Part shown: positions 22,470 through 38,957 of the stretch, piece by piece
Layout of the letters: each line of letters begins with the position of its first letter
Position numbering within the stretch: position 1 is the stretch's first letter
Assembly (NCBI GenBank): GCA_963841435.1
Contig: CAWJCS010000004.1
Coordinates: 800,001-864,000 of the forward strand
Length of the DNA stretch: 64,000 bases
Direction of reading: 5' to 3'
DNA from: an uncultured delta proteobacterium
GTDB lineage: Bacteria > Myxococcota_A > Polyangia > Polyangiales > Polyangiaceae
Position numbers and translations under genes: made by a program
The notes under the pieces: model-generated
What the model was told of the DNA's origin: nothing
The model's database searches: none
Seen by the model: only the letters and a program-made list of their open reading frames with translations

Positions 22470-23479
22470 TCAACGGGCGTTGCCGGCGGCGACCGCGGCA
22501 GCGATCACATCCTCGCCGATCCGCGCCCGGAACGGCTCCCAAGCCGGAAGGAAGGCCGCTCGCCACGCTTCCAGTTGCACCGGCGTCGGCTCGATGATGC
22601 GGGCGTCGCCGGCTTCGGCGATGATCCGCCGGTCGCTCACCGCCTGTTCGGCGGCGATGCGGCGCTCCTCGACGCTGACGTCGGCGATGATCCGCTCCAG
22701 CCCTTCGCGGACATCCGGCGGCAGGCCGTCCCAGAACGTCTGACTGGTGACCAGCATGTAGCCGAGGAAGCTATGGTTCGTTTCGGTGAAGTTGCGCACC
22801 AAGGGGTACATGCCGAATGAATAGATGTTCGACCAGGAGTTCTCGAGGCCGTTAATCAGCCCGCGCTTCAGAGCGTGCTTGATCTGCCCAAACGGCATCT
22901 GCAGGGCAATGACGCCGATGTTGGCGTACTGCTCCTGGAAGATGGCCGAATTCTCGACGCGGAAGGTCATGCCGTGGGCGTCATCCGGCAAGAACAGCGG
23001 TTCGGTCGGCGCCGATCACCCGCATGCCGCTGTCCCAGTAGGCGAGGCCCTTGAGGTCGCGCGTTCTTCATCGAATCGAGCAGGCCACGGCCGATGTCCG
23101 TATCCTGGAAGCGATGGACATGCTCCACATCCTTGAACAGGAACGGCAGCTCGAACACTTGCGTTGCCGGCGAATAGCGCTGGAACAGGGTGAACGATGG
23201 CGCCGCCAGTTCGACGTCGCCGAGGATCAGGGCGAGCAGGACCTCTTCATCGGTGAAGCGGCGCGATTCGGGATAGACGTCGACGCGGACGCGGCCGGGA
23301 AACGCCGCCTCCACGCGTTCCTTAAGGAGGTTGGCGCCGACCCCTTTCGGGGCATTTTCGGACACAACATGGGCGAAGCGGATGACGATCGGCTCCTTGG
23401 GCGGCTCCTCGGCGCGGCCGGCGACGGGTGAAGCCAGCGCCGACAGGAGGATCGCAATTGCGAACAGCAACCGTGGCAT
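22470..23479 (-). CDS. TRAP substrate-binding protein DctP-like, second copy (frameshifted)
   Basis: IRFAHVVSENAPKG, FELPFLF, FRV, GLENSWSNIY, TETNH. Confidence 0.85.
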
Positions 23480-23535
23480 GAACGGCTCCCCTCCGTATCA
23501 GTTGTTTGTTGTCGTCCCGGTGAATGCGGGTGCCT

Positions 23536-26627
<3,092 letters not shown>

Positions 26628-26910
26628 TTACAAGGAAAGCGCGTTTTTTGGAAGACGAGAAACGTTCGGTGTGCGTCGCTGCAAGCAGGACGCGAGATCG
26701 ATGTGCGGACGGCCGCCGTTTCTTTCCCGAGTCTCCGGACCGCCGTAGACGACCATGGCATAGGCGGTCGGATCGTCGACGGCAACATCCTCCTTCCGCC
26801 GTGGGCAGGCAAGCTCCTCCTTCCGGACCCATAAAAACCCGCGCAGCACGATCTGAGCTTGACGCGGATTCAATAGACGATAAAGTTTATCTACAAAGTA
26901 GCGATTCAAG

Positions 26911-27348
26911 GTGCGGACAGCCACGGAGACAGCGATGCATGCGTTGCTTGAGCAGACCGTGAAGGGAGCACGACGCTTTTATGTGGCCGCCGGCAGTCGC
27001 GTCAGCGGCTGGTCGGTGCTGCCTCTCCGCCAGCGGGATGCGGAGAGGAGCCACCGGCGACTCGGCATCGGCAACAGCGATGCCGTTGATGGGCCGGACG
27101 GGCTGCTGCCGTCGCCCGATAGGGAAGAGCCCCGGCTTCTGGGAGAGTGGCTCGCCCCGGTTGAAGAGCCGGTTGCGGAGATCGGGACAACCGCTGCCGA
27201 CGCCGTCGCGGAAGATGGGGTCGCCTGGGATGTAGATGCCGTTGCAGAGCCGGCCGGCGATCTGGTGGCGCTCGGCACGCTCGTCTGCCTGTTGACGATC
27301 ATCTTCAGCCTGTCGGCCCTTGCCGGCCTCGCTCGCTTGATCCTCTGA
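26911..27348 (+). CDS. Hypothetical protein with acidic linker and C-terminal TM helix
   Basis: ORF with a hydrophobic C-terminus; no family recognised; start uncertain. Confidence 0.4.
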   Translation: MRTATETAMHALLEQTVKGARRFYVAAGSRVSGWSVLPLRQRDAERSHRRLGIGNSDAVDGPDGLLPSPDREEPRLLGEWLAPVEEPVAEIGTTAADAVAEDGVAWDVDAVAEPAGDLVALGTLVCLLTIIFSLSALAGLARLIL

Positions 27349-27478
27349 AGTCGGTTGGTGGAGGGGAGCAGCTGCGGGTCGTCCCTACGGCGGCGCTGCC
27401 CGCAGTTCCTTCTTCGCCCGCCGTTGACGCGGAACGATATTCGTGGATAGGCTATTATGTCGATCGAAGCGCTGGGTA

Positions 27479-27931
27479 ATGCTGTCACACAAGGCCAAGT
27501 ACGCGCTGAAAGCGTTGTTCCGATTGGCGAGCGCGCCTCCGGGGACGATGATGCTTGTCGCCGACATCGCCGAAAAAGAGAACGCGCCGAAGAAGTTCCT
27601 CGAACTGATCCTCCTCGAACTCAAGCGCAACGGGCTCGTTTACAGCGTGCGCGGCCGCAACGGCGGCTATGCGCTGGCACACCCGGCGGCTCATATCACG
27701 CTCGGTCAGGTGATCCGACTGATGGACGGGCCGCTCGCACCGATTCCGTGTGCCAGCCTCAGCGGCTATCGGCAATGCGTCGACTGCACGAACGAGGATA
27801 CGTGCCCGGTTCGCGTGGCCATGCGCGAAGTCCGCGATGCCCTGGCGAAGATCCTCGACAACCGTACCCTCGTCGATGTGGGCCGGGCCGACGCGGCACG
27901 GCTGCTCAATCAGGTGCACGCCGACATCTGA
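27479..27931 (+). CDS. Rrf2-family transcriptional regulator (sulfur-assimilation associated)
   Basis: KAKYAL, PKKFLELILLELK, SVRGRNGGYAL, C-x8-C-x2-C-x5-C; directly upstream of sbp. Confidence 0.9.
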   Translation: MLSHKAKYALKALFRLASAPPGTMMLVADIAEKENAPKKFLELILLELKRNGLVYSVRGRNGGYALAHPAAHITLGQVIRLMDGPLAPIPCASLSGYRQCVDCTNEDTCPVRVAMREVRDALAKILDNRTLVDVGRADAARLLNQVHADI

Positions 27932-27947
27932 TTTTTTTTCGCGATAA

Positions 27948-27968
27948 TGTCTATCAAATTAATGGACA
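27948..27968. promoter_or_regulatory. Near-perfect inverted repeat upstream of sbp, candidate Rrf2 operator
   Basis: TGTCTAT-CAAATTA-ATGGACA in an AT-rich spacer. Confidence 0.5.
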
Positions 27969-28025
27969 AAATTCACTTACTCGTGTAGCGAATGGGACGA
28001 ACCGATCGATACAAAGGAGGCCAAT

Positions 28026-29069
28026 GTGGGTTCACGTCATGCGTTTATCGGTGGCGGTGTCGGTGTCGGGCTCCGCGCCGCGGTCGCTTTCGCGGTCGTC
28101 TCGGTGGCGCTCCCGGGGAATGCCGCCGAGGTCACCGTTCTGAATGTCTCGTACGATCCGACCCGAGAATTCTATCAGGAGTTCAACCCGGCCTTCGCTC
28201 GCCTGTGGGTGCAGACGTCCGGCGACAAGCTCGTCGTCCGCATGTCTCACGGCGGCTCCGGCAAGCAGGCCCGATCGGTGATCGACGGGCTGCAGGCGGA
28301 CGTGGTCACGCTGGCCCTCGCCTATGACATCGACGAGATCGCCGCTCGCACCAAGCTGATCCCGGCCGACTGGCAAAAGCGGCTGCCCGACAGCAGCGCG
28401 CCCTACACCTCGACGGTCGTTTTCCTCACCCGGACGGGCAACCCAAAAGCGATCAAGGATTGGGACGATCTGGCACGCGATGGCGTGGCGGTGATCACAC
28501 CGAATCCAAAAACGTCTGGTGGCGCCCGCTGGAACTTTCTCGCCGCCTGGGGGTACGCCCTGAAGCGCTGGCCGGGTGACGAGGCGAAGGCGGAGGAATT
28601 TGTCGGGCGGATCTTCAAGAACGTGCCGGTTCTGGAGACGGGAGCGCGAGGCGCCACGACGACCTTCGCCCAGCGCGGACTCGGGGATGTCTTGATCACC
28701 TGGGAAAACGAGGCGTTCCTTGCCAAAGAGGAGTTCGGCAAGGATGCCTTCGAGATTGTGATCCCCTCGGTCAGCATCCGTGCCGAGCCGACGGTCGCCC
28801 TCGTCGACGGCTGGGCCGACAAGCACGGCACCCGTACCGTCGCCGAGGCTTATCTCCGCTATCTCTATTCGCCGGAAGCTCAGCGCCTCGCCGCCAAGCA
28901 CTATTTCCGGCCGTCGCACCCGAGCGACGTGGCCGCCGCCGACCTCGAGCGCTTCCCGAAGCTGGACCTGTTCACCATCGACGATGTGTTCGGCGGCTGG
29001 CAGAAGGCACAGGCCCGCTTCTTCGCCGACGGCGGCGTTTTCGACAAGATCTACAGTCCGGCGAGGTAG
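28026..29069 (+). CDS. sbp: Sulfate ABC transporter substrate-binding protein
   Basis: [43 protein letters not shown]. Confidence 0.93.
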   Translation: MGSRHAFIGGGVGVGLRAAVAFAVVSVALPGNAAEVTVLNVSYDPTREFYQEFNPAFARLWVQTSGDKLVVRMSHGGSGKQARSVIDGLQADVVTLALAYDIDEIAARTKLIPADWQKRLPDSSAPYTSTVVFLTRTGNPKAIKDWDDLARDGVAVITPNPKTSGGARWNFLAAWGYALKRWPGDEAKAEEFVGRIFKNVPVLETGARGATTTFAQRGLGDVLITWENEAFLAKEEFGKDAFEIVIPSVSIRAEPTVALVDGWADKHGTRTVAEAYLRYLYSPEAQRLAAKHYFRPSHPSDVAAADLERFPKLDLFTIDDVFGGWQKAQARFFADGGVFDKIYSPAR

Positions 29070-29074
29070 CGATC

Positions 29075-29510
29075 ATGGCCACCATTGCGGCACGCATCGG
29101 TCTGAGGCGGCACGACAGCGTCCTTCCCGGCTTCCGGCTGACGCTCGGCCTGACCCTCGCCTATCTCGGGCTGATCGTCCTTCTGCCGCTGTCGGCACTC
29201 ATCATCAAATCCACCGGCTTGGGCTGGAGCGGATTTGTCGATGCCGCGTTCACGGCGAGGGCACTTGCAGCCTACAAGCTCAGCTTCGCGACGGCGCTGA
29301 CCGCCGGTGCGATCAACGTCGTCTTCGGCGTCATCGTCGCCTGGGTCCTCGTCCGCTACGAGTTTCCCGGCAAGCGGCTGATCGACGCCGTCGTCGATCT
29401 GCCGTTCGCCCTGCCGACCGCCGTCGCCGGCATCGCGCTCGCCACCATCTACGCCCGCAACGGCTGGGTCGGTGCGCCGCTGTCGATGCTCGGAATCGTC
29501 CTCGCTTTCA
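29075..29510 (+). pseudogene. cysT: Sulfate permease CysT, 5' half only
   Basis: [40 protein letters not shown], then an abrupt switch to CysA sequence. Confidence 0.85.
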
Positions 29511-30104
29511 CGCTGTTCAAGCACATGACCGTCTTCGATAACGTCGCCTTTGGCCTCCGCGTCAAACCGCGCACCGAGCGTCCCTAAACATCGAGGGTGA
29601 TCCGCCTCCTGCAACTCGTCCAGCTCGAGCCGTTCGTCGATCGCTACCCGACGCAGCTCTCCGGCGGTCAGCGGCAGCGCGTCGCCCTTGCCCGGGCGCT
29701 GGCCATCGAGCCGTCGGTCCTTGTCCTCGACGAGCCGTTCGGCGCCCTCGATGCCAAGGTCAGGAAGGGGCTTCGCCAGTGGCCCTGCCGTGCCGGCTCG
29801 ACGACGGCAAGGTGGTTTTCCCGGGAGGGGAATTGGTCGTCCCGAGTCCGATCAATGGAGCGGCGGTGAACGCCGTCGCCTTATGTCCGGCCGCACGACG
29901 TCGAGGTGTTCGGGAGCGCGGTCATGGTCGGGAGCGAGGCGGTCGTTCGTTAAGGTCGAGCTCGCCGTCGCCAGTTCGGACCAGATGGTGGAAGTCGATC
30001 TGTCGCGCGACGAGTTTCGCAAGCTGCATCTCAAAGTCGGCAAGCCGGTTTTCATGCGGGTCCGCAAAGCACGGGTTTTTGCCGAGACGGCGGCGTGCGG
30101 CTGA
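29511..30104 (+). pseudogene. cysA: Sulfate ABC ATPase CysA remnants (no Walker A, internal stop, internal deletion)
   Basis: [51 protein letters not shown], then a jump to C-terminal YVRPHD and TOBE-like sequence. Confidence 0.85.
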
Positions 30105-30146
30105 ACTGAATAAGAATTTAAACCGCCTTCGTTCTAGAACCTCATG

Positions 30147-30162
30147 CGGCCGCGGCTCCGGG

Positions 30163-30175
<13 letters not shown>
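30147..30175. terminator. GC-rich hairpin between convergent cysA and gltA
   Basis: CGGCCGCGGCT-N7-AGCCGCGGTCG overlapping the gltA stop. Confidence 0.35.
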
Positions 30176-31488
<1,313 letters not shown>

Positions 31489-31583
31489 TGTTTGTATCCT
31501 CTGCAAGATCGTTCGGGGGCCGCAGTCGGGTTCGGCATCGAGTCCATCGACGCCGGCGAGGGCGGGCGCGCGATCGGCACGGC

Positions 31584-33008
31584 TCATTGTCGGTGGCCCG
31601 CGGGCGGGTCCTTGATTGCGTCCAGCCGCTCGAGCGTCTCGGTGCGCCCGAGGACGGCCATGACCTGAAAGATCGGCGGCGACACCGTCGAACCGGTGAG
31701 CGCCGCCCGCAGCGGCTGGGCGATATCGCGCAACTTCAAAGACGCCCGCTCGGCGGCGAACCGGCGCAGCCGCTCCTCGAGGGTATCGACCGTCCAATCC
31801 GCAGGATCGGCGAGGACGGTCGCCACGTCGGCCAGCAAGCGGCGGTTTTCGTCGGTGAGCAGTCGATCGGCATCGGCGTTCATCGGTATGGGGGCGGCGA
31901 CCGCATAAAAAGCGGCGTTGTCGGCCAGTTCGACGAGGGTGCGGGCGCGCTCGCGAAGGCCGGGCAAACCCCTCATAATCCGGTCCCGGGCGGCTGGAAC
32001 CATCCGTCCGTCGATTTTCCGATGCAGCCGCTGCAAAACGTCGTCCGCGAGCACTCGTTCGTCCGCGACACGAATATAATGCGCGTTCAGGCTCGTCAAC
32101 TTGGCAAGGTCGAAGCGCGCCGGCGCGCGTCCGACGTCGTCGAGATTGAACCAGCGGATGGCGTCGGCCCGGCTGATGATCTCGTCGTCGCCGTGACTCC
32201 AGCCGAGACGAAGGAGATAGTTGCACATGGCGTCGGCAAGGAAGCCCATCTCGCGGTACGTCTCGACTCCAAGGGCGCCGTGCCGCTTCGAGAGCTTGGC
32301 GCCGTCGGCGCCGTGGATCAGCGGAATGTGCGCGAACGCCGGCGGCTGCCAGCCGAACGCCTCATAGATCTGATGCTGACGAAAGGCGTTGGTCAGATGA
32401 TCGTCGCCGCGGATAACGTGGGTAATCGCCATGTCGTGGTCATCGACGACGACGGCGAGCATGTAAGTCGGCGTGCCGTCGGCGCGGAGGATGATCATGT
32501 CGTCAAGCTGGTCATTGGCCACGGTGACCGGGCCCTGGACCAGATCGTGGAGCGTGGTCTCGCCCGTCTGCGGTGCCTTCAGGCGGATGGCGGGCGCCAC
32601 CCCGGGCGGTGCATCGCCGGGATCGCGATCGCGCCAGCGCCCGTCGTAGCGTATCGGCCGGCCGGCGGCGCGCGCCGCGTCGCGCATGGCCGCGAGTTCG
32701 TCCGGCGTCGCATAGCAGCGGTAGGCGCGATCGGTTGCCAGCAGCGCTTCGACCGCCTCGGCATGACGTCCGGCCCGCGCCGACTGGAAGACGGGCTCGT
32801 CGTCCCAGTCGAGGCCGAGCCAGCGAAGTCCCTCGAAGATCGCGTCGATCGCCGCCGACGTCGAGCGGGCACGATCGGTGTCCTCGATCCTGAGGAGAAA
32901 ACGACCGCCGCAGTGCCGTGAGTACAGCCAGTTGAATAGCGCGGTTCGCGCGCCACCGATATGTAGAAATCCGGTGGGGGAGGGCGCAAAACGGCAAACG
33001 ACCGACAT
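31584..33008 (-). CDS. gltX: Glutamate--tRNA ligase
   Basis: [22 protein letters not shown]. Confidence 0.96.
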   Translation of the reverse strand: MSVVCRFAPSPTGFLHIGGARTALFNWLYSRHCGGRFLLRIEDTDRARSTSAAIDAIFEGLRWLGLDWDDEPVFQSARAGRHAEAVEALLATDRAYRCYATPDELAAMRDAARAAGRPIRYDGRWRDRDPGDAPPGVAPAIRLKAPQTGETTLHDLVQGPVTVANDQLDDMIILRADGTPTYMLAVVVDDHDMAITHVIRGDDHLTNAFRQHQIYEAFGWQPPAFAHIPLIHGADGAKLSKRHGALGVETYREMGFLADAMCNYLLRLGWSHGDDEIISRADAIRWFNLDDVGRAPARFDLAKLTSLNAHYIRVADERVLADDVLQRLHRKIDGRMVPAARDRIMRGLPGLRERARTLVELADNAAFYAVAAPIPMNADADRLLTDENRRLLADVATVLADPADWTVDTLEERLRRFAAERASLKLRDIAQPLRAALTGSTVSPPIFQVMAVLGRTETLERLDAIKDPPAGHRQ

Positions 33009-33133
33009 CGGCTTTCAGTCTCGACCGGCAAACTCGGGAAAAGTGGCGGGTTGGTTTAGCATATCTCCCGGCAAAAGCCATTAGCATCGGACTGAGGGAT
33101 CGCTAACGGCGATCGCAGCGAAGGAGGGCTTCG

Positions 33134-33575
33134 ATGAGCGAGGGCGTTGAGGTGAACGTGCATTGCGCCAGCTTCGAGGTGCTCGCTGGCGGTCGGCCCG
33201 GATATCGCCGACGTGACGGACCGTGTCGCCGAGATCGTCGCCGGCTCGGGCGTCCGCGACGGCGGCGCGCAGCTGACGACGCTCGGCTCGACGGCATCGC
33301 TCAGCGCCATCGAATTCGAGCCGGGTGCCGTCGCCGACCTGAAGCGGGCCATCGAACGGCTGGCACCGGTCGACCTCGTCTATCAGCACGAACTTGCCTG
33401 GCATGACGGCAATGGCCACAGCCACGTGCAGGCGGCGCTGCTCGGCCCGTCGCTGGTGGTGCCGGTGCGCGGCGGCCGGCTGCGCCTCGGGACGTGGCAG
33501 CAGATCATCCTGATCAATCACGATATCCGACCCCGGCGACGGACCGTCGAGGTGACGGTCATCGGCCGACGCTGA
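33134..33575 (+). CDS. yjbQ: YjbQ/UPF0047 protein (frameshifted)
   Basis: DVTDRV, GSTASL..IEFEPG, DGNGHSH, LGTWQQI. Confidence 0.85.
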
Positions 33576-33800
33576 CGCCGCACGTCTGCCTATCGAACAG
33601 CGCGTCGCCGGCGATCGCCCGAAATGCGTATCAGTTGCATCCGCACCAGCAAAATTTGCTTGTTAAACTTATACCGAGATGTGATGTAAAATATTTCCGG
33701 AAATTACAACCTCATCGACCGCTTCGTGTCATGCGCGGTGACACGAGGTTTGGAACCGGGTGAGCGAACATAAGAGGTCAGAGGGAGAAGGCGGGAGGAA

Positions 33801-34037
33801 ATGCTTCACCTGCCGAACAACGGGTACAAGATATACGCGGTTGAGCTTTACAATCAGCAGGTCCGCAATCTTGTCGAACGCAAGAGACAGCATTCCTATT
33901 TCGATGATCACTGGGCGGAGGTGCAGGTGCGCGACGTCGTCGCGCGCGATGAGGGTGAGGCGCTGGCGCTGATTGCCGAGCGGTTTCCTCCTGAAGACGG
34001 TTTCGTCGTCGAGCACGTCGCGGCGATGCGATATTGA
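33801..34037 (+). CDS. Small hypothetical protein
   Basis: GGAGG RBS; globular-looking 78 aa ORF ([16 protein letters not shown]). Confidence 0.65.
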   Translation: MLHLPNNGYKIYAVELYNQQVRNLVERKRQHSYFDDHWAEVQVRDVVARDEGEALALIAERFPPEDGFVVEHVAAMRY

Positions 34038-34086
34038 TCGTGCGCCCGGCCGCGGGAGGCGGTGCGGGCGCCATCGACCGCCGCAG

Positions 34087-34678
34087 TCAGCCCAGGCTGC
34101 GGCGTGCCTGCAGGGCGGTCGACAGGGTCGCGTCGTCGAGATAATGCAGCTCGCCGCCGAGCGGTACGCCGTGGGCGATGCCGGTGATCCGCACGTCCGT
34201 TGCCGCAAGGGCGTCGCCGATGTAGAAGCCGGTCGTCTGCCCATCGACGGTAAAGCTGAGGGCGACGATGATCTCCCGGACATCGGGATGGCGCGCCCGC
34301 TCGACGAGCAGGGGAATGCGCAGGTCCTCCGGCCCGATTCCGTCGAGCGCCGAGAGGACCCCGCCCAGCACGTGGTAGCGGCCGCGGAACGCCCCCGATC
34401 GCTCCAATGCCCACAGGTCGCTCACGTCCTCGACGACGCAGATGAGCGACGGATCGCGCCTTGCATCCGCGCAGATGTGACACGGATCGCGATCGTCGAG
34501 ATTGCCGCAAATGCCGCACGCACGCACGCTCTCGGCGGCGGCGCGTCAGGGTCTGCAGCAGGGGTAGGAGGATCGTCTCCCGCCGCTTCAAGAGGTGCAG
34601 CACCGCCCGCCGGGCCGAGCGCGGCCCAAGTCCCGGCAGTCGGGCGAAGCTCTGGATCAGGCGTTCGATGTCGGACAT
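34087..34678 (-). CDS. recR: Recombination mediator RecR (frameshifted)
   Basis: [38 protein letters not shown]. Confidence 0.93.
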
Positions 34679-34726
34679 GTCAGGGCGCCGAGCCTCGGTG
34701 GCCGGCAACGTTAGGTCGAGCCGCGT

Positions 34727-35050
34727 TCAGAACGGCAGCTGCATGCCGGGCGGCAACTGCAGGCCGCCCGTCAGTTCCGCCATCCGCTCGGCGACGTGCG
34801 CCTCAACCTTCTGCTTGGCGTCGTTACAGGCGGCGGCGATGAGATCTTCCAGCACTTCGACATCGTCGGGGTCGATCAGCGACGGATCGATCTTGACCTT
34901 GCGCACTTCACCCTTGCCGTTCATGGTGACCTGCAGCATCCCGCCGCCCGCCGCCCCGACGACCTCGATCGAGGCGAGCTGCTCCTGCATTTCGGCGACC
35001 TTCGCCTGCAGCTTCTGCGCCTGTTTCATCATCTGCCCGAGATTTTTCAT
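34727..35050 (-). CDS. ybaB: YbaB/EbfC nucleoid-associated protein
   Basis: [28 protein letters not shown]; adjacent to recR. Confidence 0.93.
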   Translation of the reverse strand: MKNLGQMMKQAQKLQAKVAEMQEQLASIEVVGAAGGGMLQVTMNGKGEVRKVKIDPSLIDPDDVEVLEDLIAAACNDAKQKVEAHVAERMAELTGGLQLPPGMQLPF

Positions 35051-35161
35051 CGCGTCCGCGTCTCCTACCGCCGTCTGAACACCCCCTTCAGTACATAGCA
35101 GGTTTTCCCCCGCCGAGTCATGGCGGGGCGACGATGGGACGACCGGGAGAGAAGCCGGCGT

Positions 35162-36351
35162 CTATTCGTTCTGGGCAAGTGCCAGCCGCCGCGGCGCGGG
35201 TACGACGCCCGGGCCGCGCTTCGACATCGAGAGGCACGACTCGACGAACGATTGAAACTCTTTTGAAAAGCGTTCAGGAGCGAAACGCAGGGCATTGTTT
35301 CGGCAGTGCTCCTGGGAGAAAAATGTCCTTGTTGTGCTCGAATCGCTGAACGGCGTTGACCAGCGAGGAAACCGACTGTTCGGTGAAAAATACCCCGGTC
35401 GGAGCGTCGACCTCACCGACACCGCGGACCGTTTCGAGTGCGCCCTCCCTCTCCATAGGCGATGACCGGCGTACCGAATGCCTGCGCTTCCAACGGGACA
35501 ATTCCAAAATCTTCTTTGGCCATAAAAATGAACGCGCGCGCCCTCTTCATGTAATCGCGCATAATGTCATCCGGGCGGTAGCCCAATACCTTGATATTAT
35601 CGGCACCGGCAGCGGCCTTTTGCACTTTAGCTCATTTCCGGCCCGTCGCCGATAATAACGAGTCGCTTGCCCGGGTAACTGACGAAACGCCTCCGCGATC
35701 AAGGAGATCCGCTTGTACGGCACCATGCGCGATACCGTAATGTAAAAGTCTTCTTTAAGAGTCTTCGTATCGATAGTCTTCTATGTGACAGGTGGGTAAA
35801 TGACCGTCGAGTCGCGGCCATAGAACTTGCGGATCCGGCCGGCTATGTAATTCGAATTGGCAACGAAGTAATCAACATTTCGTGAGCTGGCAATATCCCA
35901 AATTCGCAGCTTTTGCAAGAAATAGCGGGCCGGCCACTGCCTTAAGCCCTTGTCAAGGCTGCGTTCCTGAAGGTACTGCTCGCGCAAATCCCAGGCATAT
36001 CGCATCGGCGTATGGCAATAGCATGATGTGAATCTGCTCCGGGCCGGTTAACACGCCCTTGGCGACGGCATGGGAATTGGAAATAACCAAATCATAACCC
36101 GAGACATCGAGCGCTTCCGCTGCCATTGGGAAAAACGGCAGATAGCTGCGAAATCTCCTCCTGGCGAATGGCATATTTTGAATGAAACTCGTACGAACGG
36201 GCTTGTCCAGGACAAGTTGCCGCTGATTGGGCGGAAGAAAGTCGACGAGCGCGAACACGTCCGCATCGGGAAAAAGCTGCATGATCCGTTCGAAGACCTT
36301 TTCGGATCCGCCGACCGTCTCCAACCACTCATTTACCAGCGCAACGCGCAT
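35162..36351 (-). CDS. Glycosyltransferase family 4, lower GC (frameshifted)
   Basis: [59 protein letters not shown]. Confidence 0.88.
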
Positions 36352-37267
36352 CGATGGCTCCCAGCGTCTTAAACAGCTTCTGGAACAAATGAAAGCACGC
36401 CTGTGAAAAAAAGCCTACATAAAGGCCGACACGCGGCGAACTCCGACGCCGCATCGAATGCACCACGAATTAATAAGTGCCCATTTTTCGACGATTGTAG
36501 GGCGGAACCGACCAGCCCCGGATGCATCCGCAACACCTTGACCACTGGCGCCGATAAGCGCCGTGCCCCGGGTGCGCAGTCGCCGGCATTACCCCCTCAG
36601 CCTCCAGCTGTAAATGAACCAAACGTGATTTTTCTGCGGAAGCGGTGCGGGCTGGGTTCGTGTTCTCCACGCGAAGCCGACCTGTGAGCCATGTTGCCTT
36701 ATCTGGTGTACCTCTTCGAAGCGAAGGGGCCACAACGCGCAAGACGACCCCGGTCGGTCAAAGTTCAGCTTTGCGCCAGCACGCCTCGGATTCGATTAAT
36801 ATGTTTAGTACTGCGAGCTTGCGCAGTGATGGGTATACCACGATGCACTCATCGTCGCTACGTCTTCCGAGCGGCTTTATCTCGTTTGCGGTACTGCCTT
36901 GTCAAGGGTGGGATCCTCGCATCCAGGCCGGGTGAAGCCGGCGACGGCGGTCGCAAGAGAGGCACTTGACCGCCCTCACGGGTTAAAGAGACGAGATTTG
37001 CCCGCTCGTTATGCCCGACCGGTTGTCGGATTCGAGGCGTCGAAATCCTCCGTCCATGTCTCCTCTCCTAAGGCAATCTGCGAAGGAACAGCCGCGCGCG
37101 CCACTAAATGGCCCCAATGGGGATTTGATGGTGGCCAGCAACGCTTCAAAGCGCGGCCGCCTGGGCGCTGCCGCGTTGCGTGCGTCGGGCGATCTCCCTT
37201 CGCATGGCCCGGCCGAATGTCCTAGAGTATTGGCCGCGGCACGACATACCGGCGGAGGGATGCGGCG

Positions 37268-38846
37268 GTGATCGTCGAGGATCAGGGGGAGGTGATCGAC
37301 TTTCTTGCGCGGCCTGAGGCCGTACGGCGCCCGGGCGCTGTGCGCGCCGGCGTCGCAGGGGCGGCTGCGGAGAAAGCCGTCATCGATCGTGTCGACCGCA
37401 TTGACACGCACATCTCCCATGTTTTTCTCGCCGGCGACCATGCCTACAAGCTCAAGCGCGCCGTCCGCTTGCCGTATCTGGACTTCTCGAGCGAAGGGTT
37501 GAGGCGGCGCTGGTGCGAGCGGGAGGTGCGAGATCAACCGGCGGACGGCGCCGATGCTCTACCAGGGCTGCGTGCCGGTCGTCCGCACCGAAGGCGGCGG
37601 ACTTGCCATCGGCGGCGAGGGCCAGGCGGTCGACTGGCTGGTGATCATGGCCCGCTTCGCCACCGATGCCGTTTTCGACCGTATCGCCGCCGCCGGTCGC
37701 CTCGATCGCTTCGCCGTCGAGATTCTCGCCGACGTCGTCGCCCGCTTCCACGCCTCGGCCGAGCCGCGCCCCACTCACGGCGGCGCGGCGGCGCTCGCCC
37801 GCGTGCTCGCCGGCAACCGGACGAGCTTCGCCGAATGTCGCGGGGAACAGCCTCGATCCGGACGCCGTCGGCCGCCTCGACGCCGGAACCGCGGCGATGC
37901 TGGAAGCGCGTCGCTCCCATCCTCGATAAACGCAGCGGCGAGGGTTTCGTCCGCCGCTGCCACGGCGATCTGCACCTTCGCAACATCGTTGCCTGGAACG
38001 GCCTGCCGGTGCTTTTCGATGCCATCGAGTTCTCGGATGCGCTCGCCGAGATCGACGTCCTCTACGACCTCGCATTCCTGGTCATGGACGTGAGCGAACG
38101 CTGTGGGCGGCACCTCGCCTGCCTGCTGCTCAACCGCTACCTCGACGCAACCGACGACACCGCCGGCCTCGCGGCGATGCCGCTGTTCCTATCGGTCCGT
38201 GCGGCGATCCGCAGTCACGTCGAGGCGGCGGCGGCGGGAACGGGAGGCGGCGAGGAGGCGCGGCGCGGCGGCGGCGCGTTATCTCGGCGAGGCGGAGGCT
38301 TATCTGGCGCCGCGGCCGCCCCGTCTGATCGCCCTCGGCGGTCTGTCCGGCTCCGGCAAGTCGCGCCTCGCCCGCGGCCTCGCCCCGTTCGTCGGCCTCG
38401 CCCCCGGTGCCCGCATCGTCCGTACCGACACCACCCGCAAACGCCTGGCCGGCGTCGGCTTCAACACCCGCCTGGCACCCGCCCTTTACGGCGAGGCGAT
38501 GACCCGCAGGACCTACGAGGCGGTCTACGCCGAGGCGAGAGCGGCGCTCGCCGCCGGCTACGCAGTGATTGCCGACGCCGTCTTCGGCAAACCCGAAGAG
38601 CGCGCCGCCATCGCCCGCGTTGCCGAAGACGCCGGCGTGCCCTTCCAGGCGCTGTGGCTGCAGGCGCCCGCGGCGGTTCTCGAGGAGCGGGTGACCCGCC
38701 GCAAGATGAATGCATCCGATGCGACGGCGGAGGTGGTGCGACTGCAATTGTCCTATGACCTCGGCCCCATCGACTGGCCGCGGTTGGATACGCAGGCGGC
38801 GACGGAGGTCGTGCTCGCCGACGCCCGCCGCCGGCTCGGCTGTTGA
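37268..38846 (+). CDS. Bifunctional APH-like kinase / AAA (gluconate-kinase-like) protein (frameshifted)
   Basis: THISHVFL..AYKLKR, CHGDLHLRNI, FDAIEF, GLSGSGKS, SDAT. Confidence 0.85.
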
Positions 38847-38957
38847 GGTCCGCCCGGATCACGCGCCGCGGAGCATGATGGGGATAAGGTTTATTATGGT
38901 CTTTGCTTCGTCCGGAAGGGCCGCCACAATGGAGGTTCGGGAAGCTGAGGGCGATCG

